Below the pieces are notes generated by a model. The model worked only from the letters and a program-made list of their open reading frames with translations. It was not told where the DNA came from and made no database searches. A stretch of DNA of 63,926 nt, filler included, from Octopus bimaculoides (lineage: Eukaryota): NCBI RefSeq assembly GCF_001194135.2. It is 9 parts of 8 records of this genome, joined end to end, with 100 filler letters (N's around TTAATTAATTAA, not from the genome) between each part and the next. Parts side by side here need not be neighbours in the genome. Positions count along the whole stretch, not along the records: positions 1 to 17,567 come from NC_068997.1; 8 more parts are not named here. One strand, given 5' to 3'. The stretch's first letter is position 1. Every line of letters starts with the position of its first letter. The position numbers and the translations under genes are program-made. Positions 1-11,719 of this stretch are shown one piece after another.

Positions 1-194
1 TATATATACTTACTGGAAACTTTTTTGAGTACAAATATAAAAGCTTCTATTTATTATGTCGGCTATGGCATAATGTAATCATCCCAGAAATGCGGAGTAT
101 GTTCACAAAAGACATGTGATTTGCGGAAACGTGCGTAAAAATGCTTTAAAATATTTACATATTCCATCCATGGGTGATTATTATTATTACTATA

Positions 195-287
195 TGTGTG
201 TGTATGTGTGTGTGTGTGTGTGTGTGTGTAGATAGAGAGAGAGAGAGAGAGATGTATGCATGTATGTATGTATGTATGTATGTATGC
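195..287. repeat. Compound microsatellite (TG)n-(AG)n-(TATG)n
   Basis: Directly visible; representative of dozens of di-, tri- and tetranucleotide tracts in the window. Confidence 0.95.
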
Positions 288-452
288 ATATCAATGTTCA
301 AAGAATAGCCAAATAGCCAGGAGGAAAATATTTAATTTGTAACAAACAATGATATAGAGAAAGACGACTCCAAAGACTACCTTCAATGACACTGTTAACT
401 GATATCTTTGTCCGTTGTTTCTTCTTTTGATTATTTTTGTGCTTGTGATGAT

Positions 453-740
453 TACTATTACAGCAATTTGGTGGTGTATCCTGGTTCCAAACGAGACATT
501 ATCATCTCTACTTTGATATATTGTTTTTAGTCATTAATTTTTAAGTCGCTATTTATGAACAATAACCTCATTGTTTAAGAGTTTTTCTTTTTGTTTTTGT
601 TTTTGTTTTTTAACAGACCAATTACTGTTGAAGGCATTGGTGGCGACCAGAAAGTAACAAGGAAGTATTTCTAACCCAGTTTAGCAGAAATATTTCGGAG
701 AACGCCTTTCTAAAGAATCCGGTTTTGGCTTAACGCACAC
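453..740. repeat. Unclassified dispersed repeat, copy 1
   Basis: Shares blocks with 3234-3486: aatttggtg, tatcctggttccaaac, acattatcatctct, tttgatatatt, ttttaacagac, ggcattgg, agaaagtaacaagga. Both copies end at aacgcacac before a (CA)n tract. Confidence 0.8.
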
Positions 741-765
741 ACTCCCAAGTTCTCGCGCGCGCACG

Positions 766-835
<70 letters not shown>

Positions 836-899
836 AACAGATACACTGGCATATATTTCCGTCTTATCTGTGCAAGAAGTGAAAAACGCAAGTAAGATG

Positions 900-943
<44 letters not shown>

Positions 944-1329
944 GTTTCCTTTTCTGTTAAGGCAAGATCAACAAAAGGACTCCATCCGGTGATAGATAAA
1001 TATTGTTTAATGCACACAGTATCTAGTTATGAGCTACTAATAGTTTCATACGTTAGAGACACGGTCCAAGCAGATTTTTGCTATACACTCAGTGTCACCA
1101 ATTAATCTCCGGGTTCTGAGTACATGGCTTATGAAAGTTATAAATCAGATTGGTAGAATAAGAGAAACCACGAGAAAAAGCGAGAGATGATGCAAAAAAG
1201 TGGAAGGGTGAAAACAAAACGGAAAACAAAAAGAAAAGAAAAGGAAAAAAAAAGGGAGGGAGAATTAGTGTTGTGTTCCCTTTTGCCATAAAGACATTTT
1301 AAGGTTAGTTGAATCAGCGAAAAGGGGCC

Positions 1330-1960
1330 TGTAGTCTACAATACAGCTGCTCAGTGTGGAGAAGGTTGTGTCCTCCAATTCTCCAAAAGAAACTTGTCCA
1401 CATGTTTACATTTGCTAAAGATTTCTTATCTAGAATACAGTAGTACGTTGGAATTCTCAGATCTAAAAGGGATATGCGATCTTTCAGCTAAGCATAAGTT
1501 GCTTTTCTCAAATCCATTAACATATGACATGGATTTTTCTACGATTTTCCACTTAACGTGGAGTTGTTTTTCAAACCCCATACGTTGCTAGCCAACTTAG
1601 TGGATTTACTTTTGTTTATGTACCAGAAAGAAGATAAATGGTTTGCATAGCGGTTTTTGAAGTTGCTTTCGCTTAACCGATGTAGTTCTTATCTGTTAGG
1701 TTATGTAGCATTGCTATAACTTCTCTTCATATACGCCGGAGTTTATCATGCACGCCTAGCTAGATGAGCAAGTTCTAGGGTCCCGACAGCTACAACTGAG
1801 AGTGGGCTCTTGGTTGTGTTTGGGGTACCACTATAGACGTTTTCATCGTCAGCTGTCGCCACTGGTCTCTGTTTCTTGTCATGCAAGTTCGTAGTGTTGT
1901 GACCTGTTGAGTTTTTGAAACAGGAATAATTGTCATAGCTGTATTTGAAAAGCTAACTTG
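1330..1960 (-). mobile_element. Penelope-like element relic, GIY-YIG endonuclease region (stops and frameshifts)
   Basis: Manual minus-strand translation: SCSCRDPRTC...CMINSGVYEEKL...KNYIG*SESNFKNRYANHLSSF...STKLASNVWGLKNN...VKWKIVEKSMSYVNGFEKSNLCLAERSHI...SR*EIFSKCKHVDKFLL. This follows the PLE C-terminal GIY-YIG pattern. Confidence 0.85.
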
Positions 1961-2180
1961 CTTCTGGAGGTAAGTATTTATGTATCTATTTAAATCTTTT
2001 TTTTTTTTTTTTGCGAGTCGTGTGGTCTGTGATCAAGCGATTTCATGTTGTTTATAACTTAATGTCTGTAGGTCGACATTATATATTGTGCTTTTATTTC
2101 AAAGTGTGACAAGCAGAAGATTTAGGTGCCATTTCTTGCTGGACTTACGAACTTATAGAAACATCCTTGTTAGTTTATTA

Positions 2181-2990
2181 CAGGTTGCGAGGACAATTGA
2201 TTATCAATATTTTAATTTCTTTCTTCAAGCCAATTAAAAGATTTTTATTTCTTACGAATTCCTTGTGGCTGATAAAATGATAGTACAAATGAAAAGACAT
2301 ACATTCATTGTTGCCATATGCGCGGAACACTGCAATTTAGAATTTGCAGACTTTCTAAATGTAGTAACATCTTCTATACATAAAGTTGGAACCGGATGCC
2401 TCTGGTATGACTGTTTCAGCTTTATCAAAAAGAAAAAGAAAACATTCTAGACGTTCGAGCACTATAAGAACACCAGAAATTATCCGATTATCGATTGTAA
2501 TCTAAAAATATCATAAGAGTCATTGCCAAAGAAATTCAGGCGTGATTGTCAGAACAATGGTACACGAGGCCATTCGGGTGTAATTCATATGTACTGAAAA
2601 TTGGTCAATTCATGCTTGAAAAGACGCGAGAAAATCGTTTGATCCATGCCAACTGTTTACTTAAGGTTAAAAACCCTCACGAATATAGCATGCATTGGTT
2701 CGTCTCTGATGTGTAAAACTTTGAACATGAGCAAAAGTTTAACAGGGGAAACGATAGATAGTTATGTGCAGGCCCTTGTGTTGTCCCCAGAGTAAAGCAC
2801 AACTATGCTTCCTGCAACAGTGATGGTTTTGTGAGTAATCACTTCTCTGTAACCTAGTCAGTAATCTATTTGTGGATGGGTGCTTTGCATATACTGTATT
2901 GCAGTACAGCATAGTATGTTCCCAATAACGAAAGATAGGTTTTAAAAAATGGACATTTCTACCGCAAACAATTGTCGGCTGAACAAAATT
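2181..2990 (+). mobile_element. Tc1/mariner superfamily relic, maT (DD37D)-like transposase, 3'-truncated
   Basis: Starts TA|CAGGTTGCG (TA at 2179-2180). Broken reading: MKRHTFIVAICAEHCNLEFADFLNV...KHSRRSSTIRTPEII...EKTRENRLIHANCLLKVKNP...WFVSDV*NFEHEQKFNRGNDR*LC...VPRVKH...PATVMVL. This resembles the maT WFFSDEKNF and KFPATVMVLG motifs. No right TIR found. Confidence 0.75.
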
Positions 2991-3233
2991 CAAATTCAAA
3001 ACGAATGACATAATAAAGGTGCAGCTTCAGACAACCGAGTTATAACAATGTAGTTTGTGTGTTGGCCTATATTATTCAGACAAACACTTTGACAAAAGGC
3101 TCGAGTAAAACTACTTAGGGCTACTTCAACATAAGGACACTCTAGAAATTTCCCAGCAGGTCACATTTTGGTGCATTCTTTATTGTCTCCACAAAGACCT
3201 GATCAGACGGATTGTTTTTGTTTGTTTGTTTTG

Positions 3234-3486
3234 ACTACTGTTATAGTAATTTGGTGACATATCCTGGTTCCAAACAAGAAACATTATCATCTCTCATTTG
3301 ATATATTTTGTCGAGTTATTAATTTTATGTCGCCATTGTCTATGAGTTTTTTTTAACAGACTAATCACTGGTGCACGGCATTGGAGACACAAAGAGAAAG
3401 TAACAAGGAAATGTTTCTTTCTAAGTTTAACAGAAATTTCTCGGGGATCGAGTTTTTGCTTTACTCGCCTGTATTTAAACGCACAC
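3234..3486. repeat. Unclassified dispersed repeat, copy 2
   Basis: Diverged direct copy of 453-740. Confidence 0.8.
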
Positions 3487-4397
3487 ATGCGCGTGCACAC
3501 ACACTCACACACACATGCACACGCACACATACACACACGCACACACACACACACGCACACACACACACACACACGCACACACACACACACACGCACGCAC
3601 GAATTTTTAAATGAAATAAGGTGAATGTCGTACAGTACAAGATGTTTTTTTTTCTTTTATTATAGTCCTTAGTGGTTTTTGAGTTGTTTTAAATCTTCTT
3701 TCTAGCAATAATGGTGCTAGTGAGTACTCTTTGTCACTTTTGTAACCTCTATTAATTATACACACACAAATATATATATGCGTGTATGTGTGTGTGTGTA
3801 TGTATGTATGTATGTATGTATGTATGTATGTATGCATGCATGTATGTATGTATAGGTATATATAGTTGAAAAAGATTAGAGATCTATACAAATCAAATTT
3901 ATATATATAATAGATGGAGGTGAGAATAGACAGAAATAAGTCTAAGACATTTCAAGGAAAGACGGAATTTAATAAAAATGATTTAAAAAATTATATAAAG
4001 AAAATATTACTGGTTTCGATGAATCTTATTTTACCAAATATCAGTAAAAATTTATAAAAATTTCAAGTAAAAACAGTTTATCTTCTGTTTGGGGTCAAGA
4101 ACACGTTCTTGACTCTCAGACAGAGTTCTGGACCCATCCAAAGGACACAAAAATGTAAGCCTAAAGACTTAACGAACTTTTCGTTTTTTTCTTTTTTCTC
4201 CTGTCAATATTCCTCTGATAAACTCTAAATCATTCTGACGATGTTTGTTACATAGAACAAGATAAATGCAAATTTACCCCCAAATTCCAAACCGAAACAG
4301 CTGTAAATATTATTTTAACTACAATTAAACTATGACCATTTAGTACCAATAATCAACTTCTAATTGTTAACTATTGCTCCATTTCTTTTCTTATCTA

Positions 4398-4469
4398 TCG
4401 ATCTATCTACCTACCTACTTACCTACCTACCTACCTGCCTGCCTGCCTGCCTGCCTGTCTGTCTGTCTG
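4398..4469. repeat. Compound tetranucleotide tract ATCT>ACCT>GCCT>GTCT
   Basis: Directly visible; successive units differ by one transition. Confidence 0.95.
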
Positions 4470-4559
4470 NNNNNNNNNNATATATATATAATAGAAAACG
4501 GCGAGTGGAGGTTTATTCACTTCCAAAACCTTTTATTAAAAACATTTTCTACAGTATAT

Positions 4560-5460
4560 ATATAACAATGACCAACATATGTTTCAATTGCAGCGACTAC
4601 ACTTTGATCCGTATGCAATTATGCATCCTAGTCGCTGCAGTTTCATCAAGGGTACATCACTTACGACATTTTCAAAGTGAACTAATTAAAACACGCTTCC
4701 TGCGTTGGTATTCAGTTGAAGGTTATAGCGTTACTTTTCAAATCAAATTGAATTCTGGTCTTATAATCACCTCTACTGGTATTACAGTTGAATTGTGGTT
4801 TATAAAATGTTCGTTCATATTACAATCAATTGTAGCAGTTTTGTTTAAATTTACTGTATGGAGTACATTATTTATTCAGAGGTAATTCATTTATGGTTGG
4901 GTTTATACCCTTAATTAATATTATTATTGTTATTTTTAATAAAATTATTTTAGTATTATTTGCAGAAATATCATTAATTATCACAACCATTATGTTAACT
5001 AGTATAATTACTATAGATGGTAATTTATGTTTCTTTAAATCGTTTAAACGTATATTTAAACCAATGTGGACATCTCATAGCCTGTTCCTGTCCTGTGTTT
5101 ATGATAGTATACTTAGAAAAGAAAATTTGGTACATTTTCTCCACACGAAAGATACATCTATTATCGCCTATTCTATAAGGTTTTGCTTTTTAATAATTTC
5201 TCAAGCAATCGAAAATACTTTGTTACTATCTTTAAGTACCCAAATTAGCTTACAAAGACTGGTAGTATTTATTTTGCCCCTATTTCTAAACGAACGTAAA
5301 TGATTGGCAATTCTTTGCTTAATATAATATGAGGTAGCTCCTACTTAGAAATATTCTTTATTCTCTGAGGTAATCTTGCATCTGTATACGATATCTTTAT
5401 GTTTACAATCAGAGCCAAGCGGAGGCACCCTGTGCATTGTACAGTTGCAATAGTTCCATC
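4560..5460 (-). mobile_element. Penelope-like element relic: GIY-YIG region plus 3' terminal region
   Basis: Minus strand: CNCTMHRVPPLGSDCKHKDIVYRCKITSENKEYF*VGATSYYIKQRIANHLRSFRNRGKINTTSLCKLIWVLKDSNKVFSIA*EIIKK, frameshift, AKPYRIGDNRC...RCPHWFKY. A hammerhead-like motif lies downstream at 4568-4657. Confidence 0.85.
4568..4657 (-). ncRNA. Type I hammerhead-ribozyme-like motif (variant core CUUGAUGA, long stem II)
   Basis: Minus strand: ATG(T)ACC CTTGATGA AACTGCAGCGACTA [29 nt] TAGTCGCTGCAATT GAAA CATATG T T GGTCAT. Stem II has 13 of 14 bp paired (4586-4599 with 4629-4642); AACATATGTT is palindromic; it lies at the 3' side of a PLE relic. Confidence 0.6.
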
Positions 5461-5904
5461 ACTATCATCCACTTCACTTACTCTAGATGTGATTTTTATA
5501 TTCTATCTATCTTCTAAGCTATTAGTCCACTCCACAGAGACAACACTCTGAGTACTTTGCCCACTAGGATTCATATCCACTACTTCTAGGCCAACTGTGG
5601 AGCTCCCTCAGGTCTCTTCAACTCCAATGGTTGTCAATATATTTATACATATATATAATAATATAAATAATATATAAACATATGCATATATCCATACATA
5701 TATGTACATACCTACATCTATATGTATACATACATGCATATATGGGTACAGGACATCACAAAAAAACGTTAAACACAATGAGAAACGAAAACATGAAGAC
5801 GAAAACAGAAAACGAACTTTTTTCGAACAACGAAACAAACAAACAGAGAAACGAGACATGCAACATAAAGAGTATAATCCTTTGTCAGTTGTCCCTGTTC
5901 CATC

Positions 5905-5990
5905 TACTCCGCGTTATAAACGTGGCGCCTTGGGCAAGTGTCTTCTACTATAGTCTCAGGATTTGGTAGACGGAAACTGAAAGAAGCCCA

Positions 5991-5993
<3 letters not shown>
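5905..5993 (+). mobile_element. SINE family A, internal fragment
   Basis: cgtggcgccttgggcaagtgtcttctactatag...ggatttggtagacggaaactgaaagaagccc followed by (TG)n; homologous to 7572-7922 and 17403-17545. Confidence 0.8.
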
Positions 5994-6070
<77 letters not shown>

Positions 6071-6548
6071 CAGCTGGTGTACTATATTTCTATAGTTTAG
6101 AATGTCACCAACCTAGCCAGACCTAACTTCTCCTATGTCCCCACCCGTTTCACCTGTATGGCTGGTAACGTAATCTATTGTATGACTTGCAGGTTTCGTG
6201 ACTTGGTGTAGTATTTGTGGTAAAAGCTGACTAGTGATTAAGCAAGCCATTTTAGGGAGCGCCTTTTAGATGTTCAATTTAACTAGCCAGGTTAGTCAGA
6301 CCTGAAACTCGTCGCTTGATTTCTCCTGGCCACACCTGTCTGTATTTCACCGCCTCCAGATTGTTTTAAGCTGTGGTTCAACCGCTTCCTTGTTGCACTA
6401 TGAACATATGAACAACTGCTAATTTCCCGCCAACCAACTGGAATTAATAATCAGTTTTCTTTTAGCAGGACTTATTCGCTCCACTATAATACATTGACAA
6501 ACGTCTTCCTGTAAACTACTTACTTCCGTTTCTCTCTCTCTCTCTTCC

Positions 6549-6581
<33 letters not shown>

Positions 6582-6907
6582 TTCCCTCCACACACATGCG
6601 CATACTATACTGTTACATGCACGCCACCCATACACTCGTTCAACATGTTCACACACAATCCTGAACACATATACACACTTCCCAGAACACACACAGAAAT
6701 ATCATCACAACGTATCACGCTTGACTCTATAACATATTCATGCATACACCCTCTTGCACAGTATCTCCCTTTCTGAAAAAGGCCCTTTTGGCTTCAAAAC
6801 ACCATTCCACTCTATCCACTTCTGTTATTCATTTCAGTATGTCATTGTAAATACTGATTCACAGAACTTTCATCTTAAGACTTTATTCTTCTCTGCTTTT
6901 CCCTGAC

Positions 6908-7066
6908 CAAGCGCGGTCCCAGCAATTTTTCGAAGGTGGGGCACAAGGTCAGAAGGGAATACAATTTCAGAAAAAAAGGGCGTGATAACATTATTTAGAA
7001 GGGTGCACTTCTTTTCCTGAAGGGACACGTGCCCCCTCAGTCCCCCGCTCCTTGGATCCGTCCCTG
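6908..7066. mobile_element. Short MITE-like insertion
   Basis: Flanked by direct CTGAC (6903-6907 and 7067-7071). Internal inverted GGGGCAC (6938-6944) and GTGCCCC (7029-7035). Imperfect termini caagcgcggtcc and ggatccgtccctg. GC-rich relative to the flanks. Confidence 0.6.
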
Positions 7067-7097
7067 CTGACGAAGGGTCAATGTCCGAAACGTTGAA
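7067..7097 (+). ncRNA. Minimal type I hammerhead-like motif; 5' stem I displaced by the MITE
   Basis: CTGACGA A GGGT CAAT GTCC GAAA CG T T GAA. Removing the MITE and one CTGAC restores TTC CCTGACGA...GAAACGTT GAA, with TTC/GAA as stem I. Confidence 0.6.
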
Positions 7098-7571
7098 CTC
7101 TCAACTTATTTCAACGTAAACTTAATTACTTTATTCGCTGTTTGGTTTGCTTTTCGCTAACTTTTATTCCTGATCTTTTGGGTGTACTATATGCACTTTA
7201 TGTTTGAGGTATTATAGAGTCAGGTATATTTCTCTGTACATTAGATACCCTATAAAGTCAATTGTATTTCTCACAGGGTGTAGAACGTTGTTCTCTATAT
7301 TTCTAAGTGTGATACTGCATAAGCTTTGTCCGGTAAATTCATTGTGAGTAATTATATTGCATTATATACATCTCCTGCAACTTCATTGTTTTGTGATTTC
7401 TTCGCAAGGTAATTACATTAAGATTCAATACATCATCACCATGTTTTATATTCGTAGAGTAAATACATCGCTAAATATTATCTGAGGGTTTTATTCGCCG
7501 AGTAAAAATAACACATTTAATTCACAATGAAAAATTAATTCAATGATAAAAAAAACTTATCTTTTTTTTCT

Positions 7572-7922
7572 TTTTTGTTACTTGTTTCAGTCATGAGACT
7601 ACGGCCATGTTGAAGTACCGCCTTGAAGAATTTTTGGTCGAATGTATTGATCCTGGTATTTTTTTAAAGCCTGGTACTTATTCTATCGGTTCTCTTTTGC
7701 AGAACTGCTAGGTTATGGGGACGTAAACACAGCAGCACCGGTTGTCAAGCGGTGGGGTGGAATGAGGGTCAAACACACACACACATACGAAGGGTTTTCT
7801 TCAGTTTTCGCTTGCCAAATCCACTCACAGGCTTTGGTTGGCCCGAGGCTATAGTAGAAGACACTGCAGTGGAACTGAACCCGGAACCATGTGGTTGGGA
7901 AGCAAGCTTCTTGCTATACACA
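7572..7922 (-). mobile_element. SINE family A (tRNA-derived), near full length
   Basis: The minus strand has a head with the B-box-like ggttcagttcc, a central (TG) tract, and the 3' end gactgaaacaagtaa, also seen at 19242-19446. Confidence 0.85.
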
Positions 7923-9409
7923 ATATCAAATTTATCTAATATATTCGTGAAAAAAATGTTCTAAAATTACAAAATAATGCAGTAAAACGATAGCCCAATC
8001 TTTCACTGGAAGAAGAAAGAAATATTCTAGACAGACAAATTGTGAACAATGCCTCTAAAATAAACCAGTATTTTCACTATTTTGATATGCATTGATGAAA
8101 TATTAAATTCTTGATGCAGTATCTTNNNNNNNNNNNNNNNNNNNNNNNNNNNNNNNNNNNNNNNNNNNNNNNNNNNNNNNNNNNNNNNNNNNNNNNNNNN
8201 NNNNNNNNNNNNNNNNNNNNNNNNNNNNNNNNNNNNNNNNNNNNNNNNNNNNNNNNNNNNNNNNNNNNNNNNNNNNNNNNNNNNNNNNNNNNNNNNNNNN
8301 NNNNNNNNNNNNNNNNNNNNNNNNNNNNNNNNNCACATCTTCAATGCAAATTCCGCATCGTTTATTGGATGCAGACCATTTTTTAAAAAAACTGAAATGC
8401 TTTTAACTCAGTTTTTGAATGGATAGAAATAAATGAATGGGAGAGATGGAAAATGAAGAAAAGAAAAAAAAAAAGATTTTTTTTTAGCTGAATTTGGGAA
8501 AACTGAGCTAAAAGCATTTTCAGTTCAAAATCTGTTACTTATGTTACAGTAAAAAACTGATTCTAAACATTTCAGTTCTGAGGAAAGCCCGTAGCAACTC
8601 TCTTTAGTTCTTTTGGCCATTAAAGCCAAAAACAAGACGCATAGCATATGCACGGCATTCATGACACCATATAGCGTGTAGAGCTGATTGAGTAAAAATA
8701 GAACCGTACGGAAAGTCTCTTCTACTTACCAAACATTTGGCACTGAGTAATAAATAAAGGTTTCTTTGAGTCGAAAATAAAATAATACTGTTTGGTTAAT
8801 CATCGCTCTCAGGTAGAAGAAATGACTGATTCAAATACGAATATTCTGGTGGCGTTCTAAACTGGAGTAAATTTTCTGGATTGGGTGGAACATGTGCGAC
8901 AAAATTTCGAACGTTTCAGCTGTTTCTTTTCATGAGGTAGGTTGCGAACAGTGTGTTTTTAAATGTGTGTATGTGTGTGCTTGTGTGTGTGTGTGTGTGT
9001 GGACTGGTCGGCGGGTTGAGTGTTGCAGCTGTTTGGACGCTGACGTTTTGGCACGACTGACTGGACATTCAGTTGGTTCTGGCGACAGTATTTTTTGGTG
9101 CTGGAGGCAAACGGGCGCGCATTCGCAAAACGATAGAATCCAGTGATCAAAATCTACGCTATGTTTTAGGTGTGCGTCGACTGGCTGGAATGAAGTCACT
9201 GTAACCTAGTACTTATTCTAGTGGAACCAAACGTTTGTATTGCTGATATTTTAAAATAAAATATAAATTCGCTTTGGCCTATATTGTGTCACATGTCAGA
9301 TATCTTTCAAAGCAGCCTTGGGTGATCATAATTGGACTCATCTACACAGAAGCGTTCCCATTTACACGCAAAACTACGGATTCACACGAAACCAGTCTCT
9401 TACATAAAC

Positions 9410-9830
9410 ATACGTGGTCAAAGAACTAATGCGTGAGCAGGCGCATTGTCGTGGTAGAGCAGCCGGCCCACTTTCTTCCTACTGCCTCTCTCTCAAACGC
9501 ATCACGACATCAAAATAAAACTCTTCATTGATCGTCTGACCATGTGGAACAAATTTATAAAGAATGACACGTTCTTATTATTATCAGAAAACAAAGACCA
9601 TCCACATGATCTTTACATTCGAGTAACTCTAATGTGGTTTTTGTTAGCAGTGACGATGATCCAAACCACAGCAACGACTGTCTTTTTGTTTCACCATCGT
9701 AGTCATACAGAAACGTTTTGTCACCTCTTAGGACATTTTTCAGCATTCAAACGACCAAATATCTTCTGTCTTGGATTCTCTTTTTGTTCACAAATTTTGC
9801 AGCAAAATGATGCTTCTTTAATTATTATTA

Positions 9831-9906
<76 letters not shown>

Positions 9907-10401
9907 CATTTTTAAATCATGTAGCGCAATCTTTTACAAATGCTTATAAGGAAAATTCACAGGCAGTCAGACGACGATTTTAACAGATTAAAGGAATGCA
10001 CTTTTGTGGTCTCGTCATCGACAACAGTGGAACGTCGTCAAGTCAAGATTTGGGATTGTCAACAGTGAATATCCTACCGAACTTGAAAATGTTTTTACTA
10101 CACGTGACAAATAGCCCGGCTCAAACGACCCTCCCCATAGACTTACTGTAACATCAGAAAACTGTCCGTGGAAGTTTTTTTTCGCAATTTGAATCAGAAT
10201 ATCACCCACCTTGTTCAACGTGCAACTAAGGTATGTAATCACTCTAGACGGGATGCGGATCGATGCCTAACTGATAACGGCACGGAATGACTTGAAGGCA
10301 AAAATCACAATACATAATACAGCACTGTAGTCACGTTCACATAGCAACGGCTGGTTGGTAAGCTGTTTTAAAAGTCTGTATTTCTCTATGGACAGACCTC
10401 A
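9410..10401 (-). mobile_element. mariner transposase relic interrupted by (ATT)n
   Basis: 5' TIR TA|tgaggtctgtcc. Translation pieces: QVYGEGRLSRA, MLKNVLRGDKTFLYDYDGETKRQS, YKFVPHGQTINEEFYFDVVMRLRE, LLYHDNAPAH. Confidence 0.85.
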
Positions 10402-11719
10402 TACACTCGTACACAAACATACACGTACATTGACACATAAGTGTATGTGAGTATACACACACATACACACACACATACACACACACATACACACACACAT
10501 GCACACACATATTATATGTGCGTGTGTGTGTGTGTGTGTGTATGTGTGTGTGTGCATATTAGTTGTTTAGGATTAATCTCTTTAAATAGAGCATATATTA
10601 TTGTAAATAATATATTATTATACTTATATATATTTATCTATGCGTGCGCGCGATTTGTGTGTGTGTGTGTGTGTGTATATATATGTATATATATACATAT
10701 ATATATGATATAATATGATATATNNNNNNNNNNNNNNNNNNNNNNNNNNNNNNNNNNNNNNNNNNNNNNNNNNNNNNNNNNNNNNNNNNNNNNNNNNNNN
10801 NNNNNNNNNNNNNNNNNNNNNNNNNNNNNNNNNNNNNNNNNNNNNNNNNNNNNNNNNNNNNNNNNNNNNNNNNNNNNNNNNNNNNNNNNNNNNNNNNNNN
10901 NNNNNNNNNNNNNNNNNNNNNNNNNNNNNNNNNNNNNNNNNNNNNNNNNNNNNNNNNNNNNNNNNNNNNNNNNNNNNNNNNNNNNNNNNNNNNNNNNNNN
11001 NNNNNNNNNNNNNNNNNNNNNNNNNNNNNNNNNNNNNNNNNNNNNNNNNNNNNNNNNNNNNNNNNNNNNNNNNNNNNNNNNNNNNNNNNNNNNNNNNNNN
11101 NNNNNNNNNNNNNNNNNNNNNNNNNNNNNNNNNNNNNNNNNNNNNNNNNNNNNNNNNNNNNNNNNNNNNNNNNNNNNNNNNNNNNNNNNNNNNNNNNNNN
11201 NNNNNNNNNNNNNNNNNNNNNNNNNNNNNNNNNNNNNNNNNNNNNNNNNNNNNNNNNNNNNNNNNNNNNNNNNNNNNNNNNNNNNNNNNNNNNNNNNNNN
11301 NNNNNNNNNNNNNNNNNNNNNNNNNNNNNNNNNNNNNNNNNNNNNNNNNNNNNNNNNNNNNNNNNNNNNNNNNNNNNNNNNNNNNNNNNNNNNNNNNNNN
11401 NNNNNNNNNNNNNNNNNNNNNNNNNNNNNNNNNNNNNNNNNNNNNNNNNNNNNNNNNNNNNNNNNNNNNNNNNNNNNNNNNNNNNNNNNNNNNNNNNNNN
11501 NNNNNNNNNNNNNNNNNNNNNNNNNNNNNNNNNNNNNNNNNNNNNNNNNNNNNNNNNNNNNNNNNNNNNNNNNNNNNNNNNNNNNNNNNNNNNNNNNNNN
11601 NNNNNNNNNNNNNNNNNNNNNNNNNNNNNNNNNNNNNNNNNNNNNNNNNNNNNNNNNNNNNNNNNNNNNNNNNNNNNNNNNNNNNNNNNNNNNNNNNNNN
11701 NNNNNNNGGATGTTGAACA

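Larger units (their letters stand above)
6140..7100 (+). mobile_element. Penelope-like element relic (different GIY-YIG lineage) with 3' terminal region
   Basis: Plus strand: FTCMAGNVIYCMTCRF...ASHFRERLLDV...EQLLISRQPTGINNQFSF, matching the FTCxSxNVIYCIxC, RFREHLRDV and GINERFSF PLE pattern. Ends in a hammerhead-like motif. Confidence 0.75.

Noticed and set aside
1836-1852. CTGACGA-T-GAAAACGTC on the minus strand
   Set aside because: There is no stem II and no stem I pairing, and it lies within the PLE coding region.
4084-4124. Hairpin GTCAAGAAC-AC-GTTCTTGAC with hammerhead-like flanks on the minus strand
   Set aside because: The core reads CTGAGA and CAAA, so two essential positions are wrong. 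The hairpin is real but too short to interpret.
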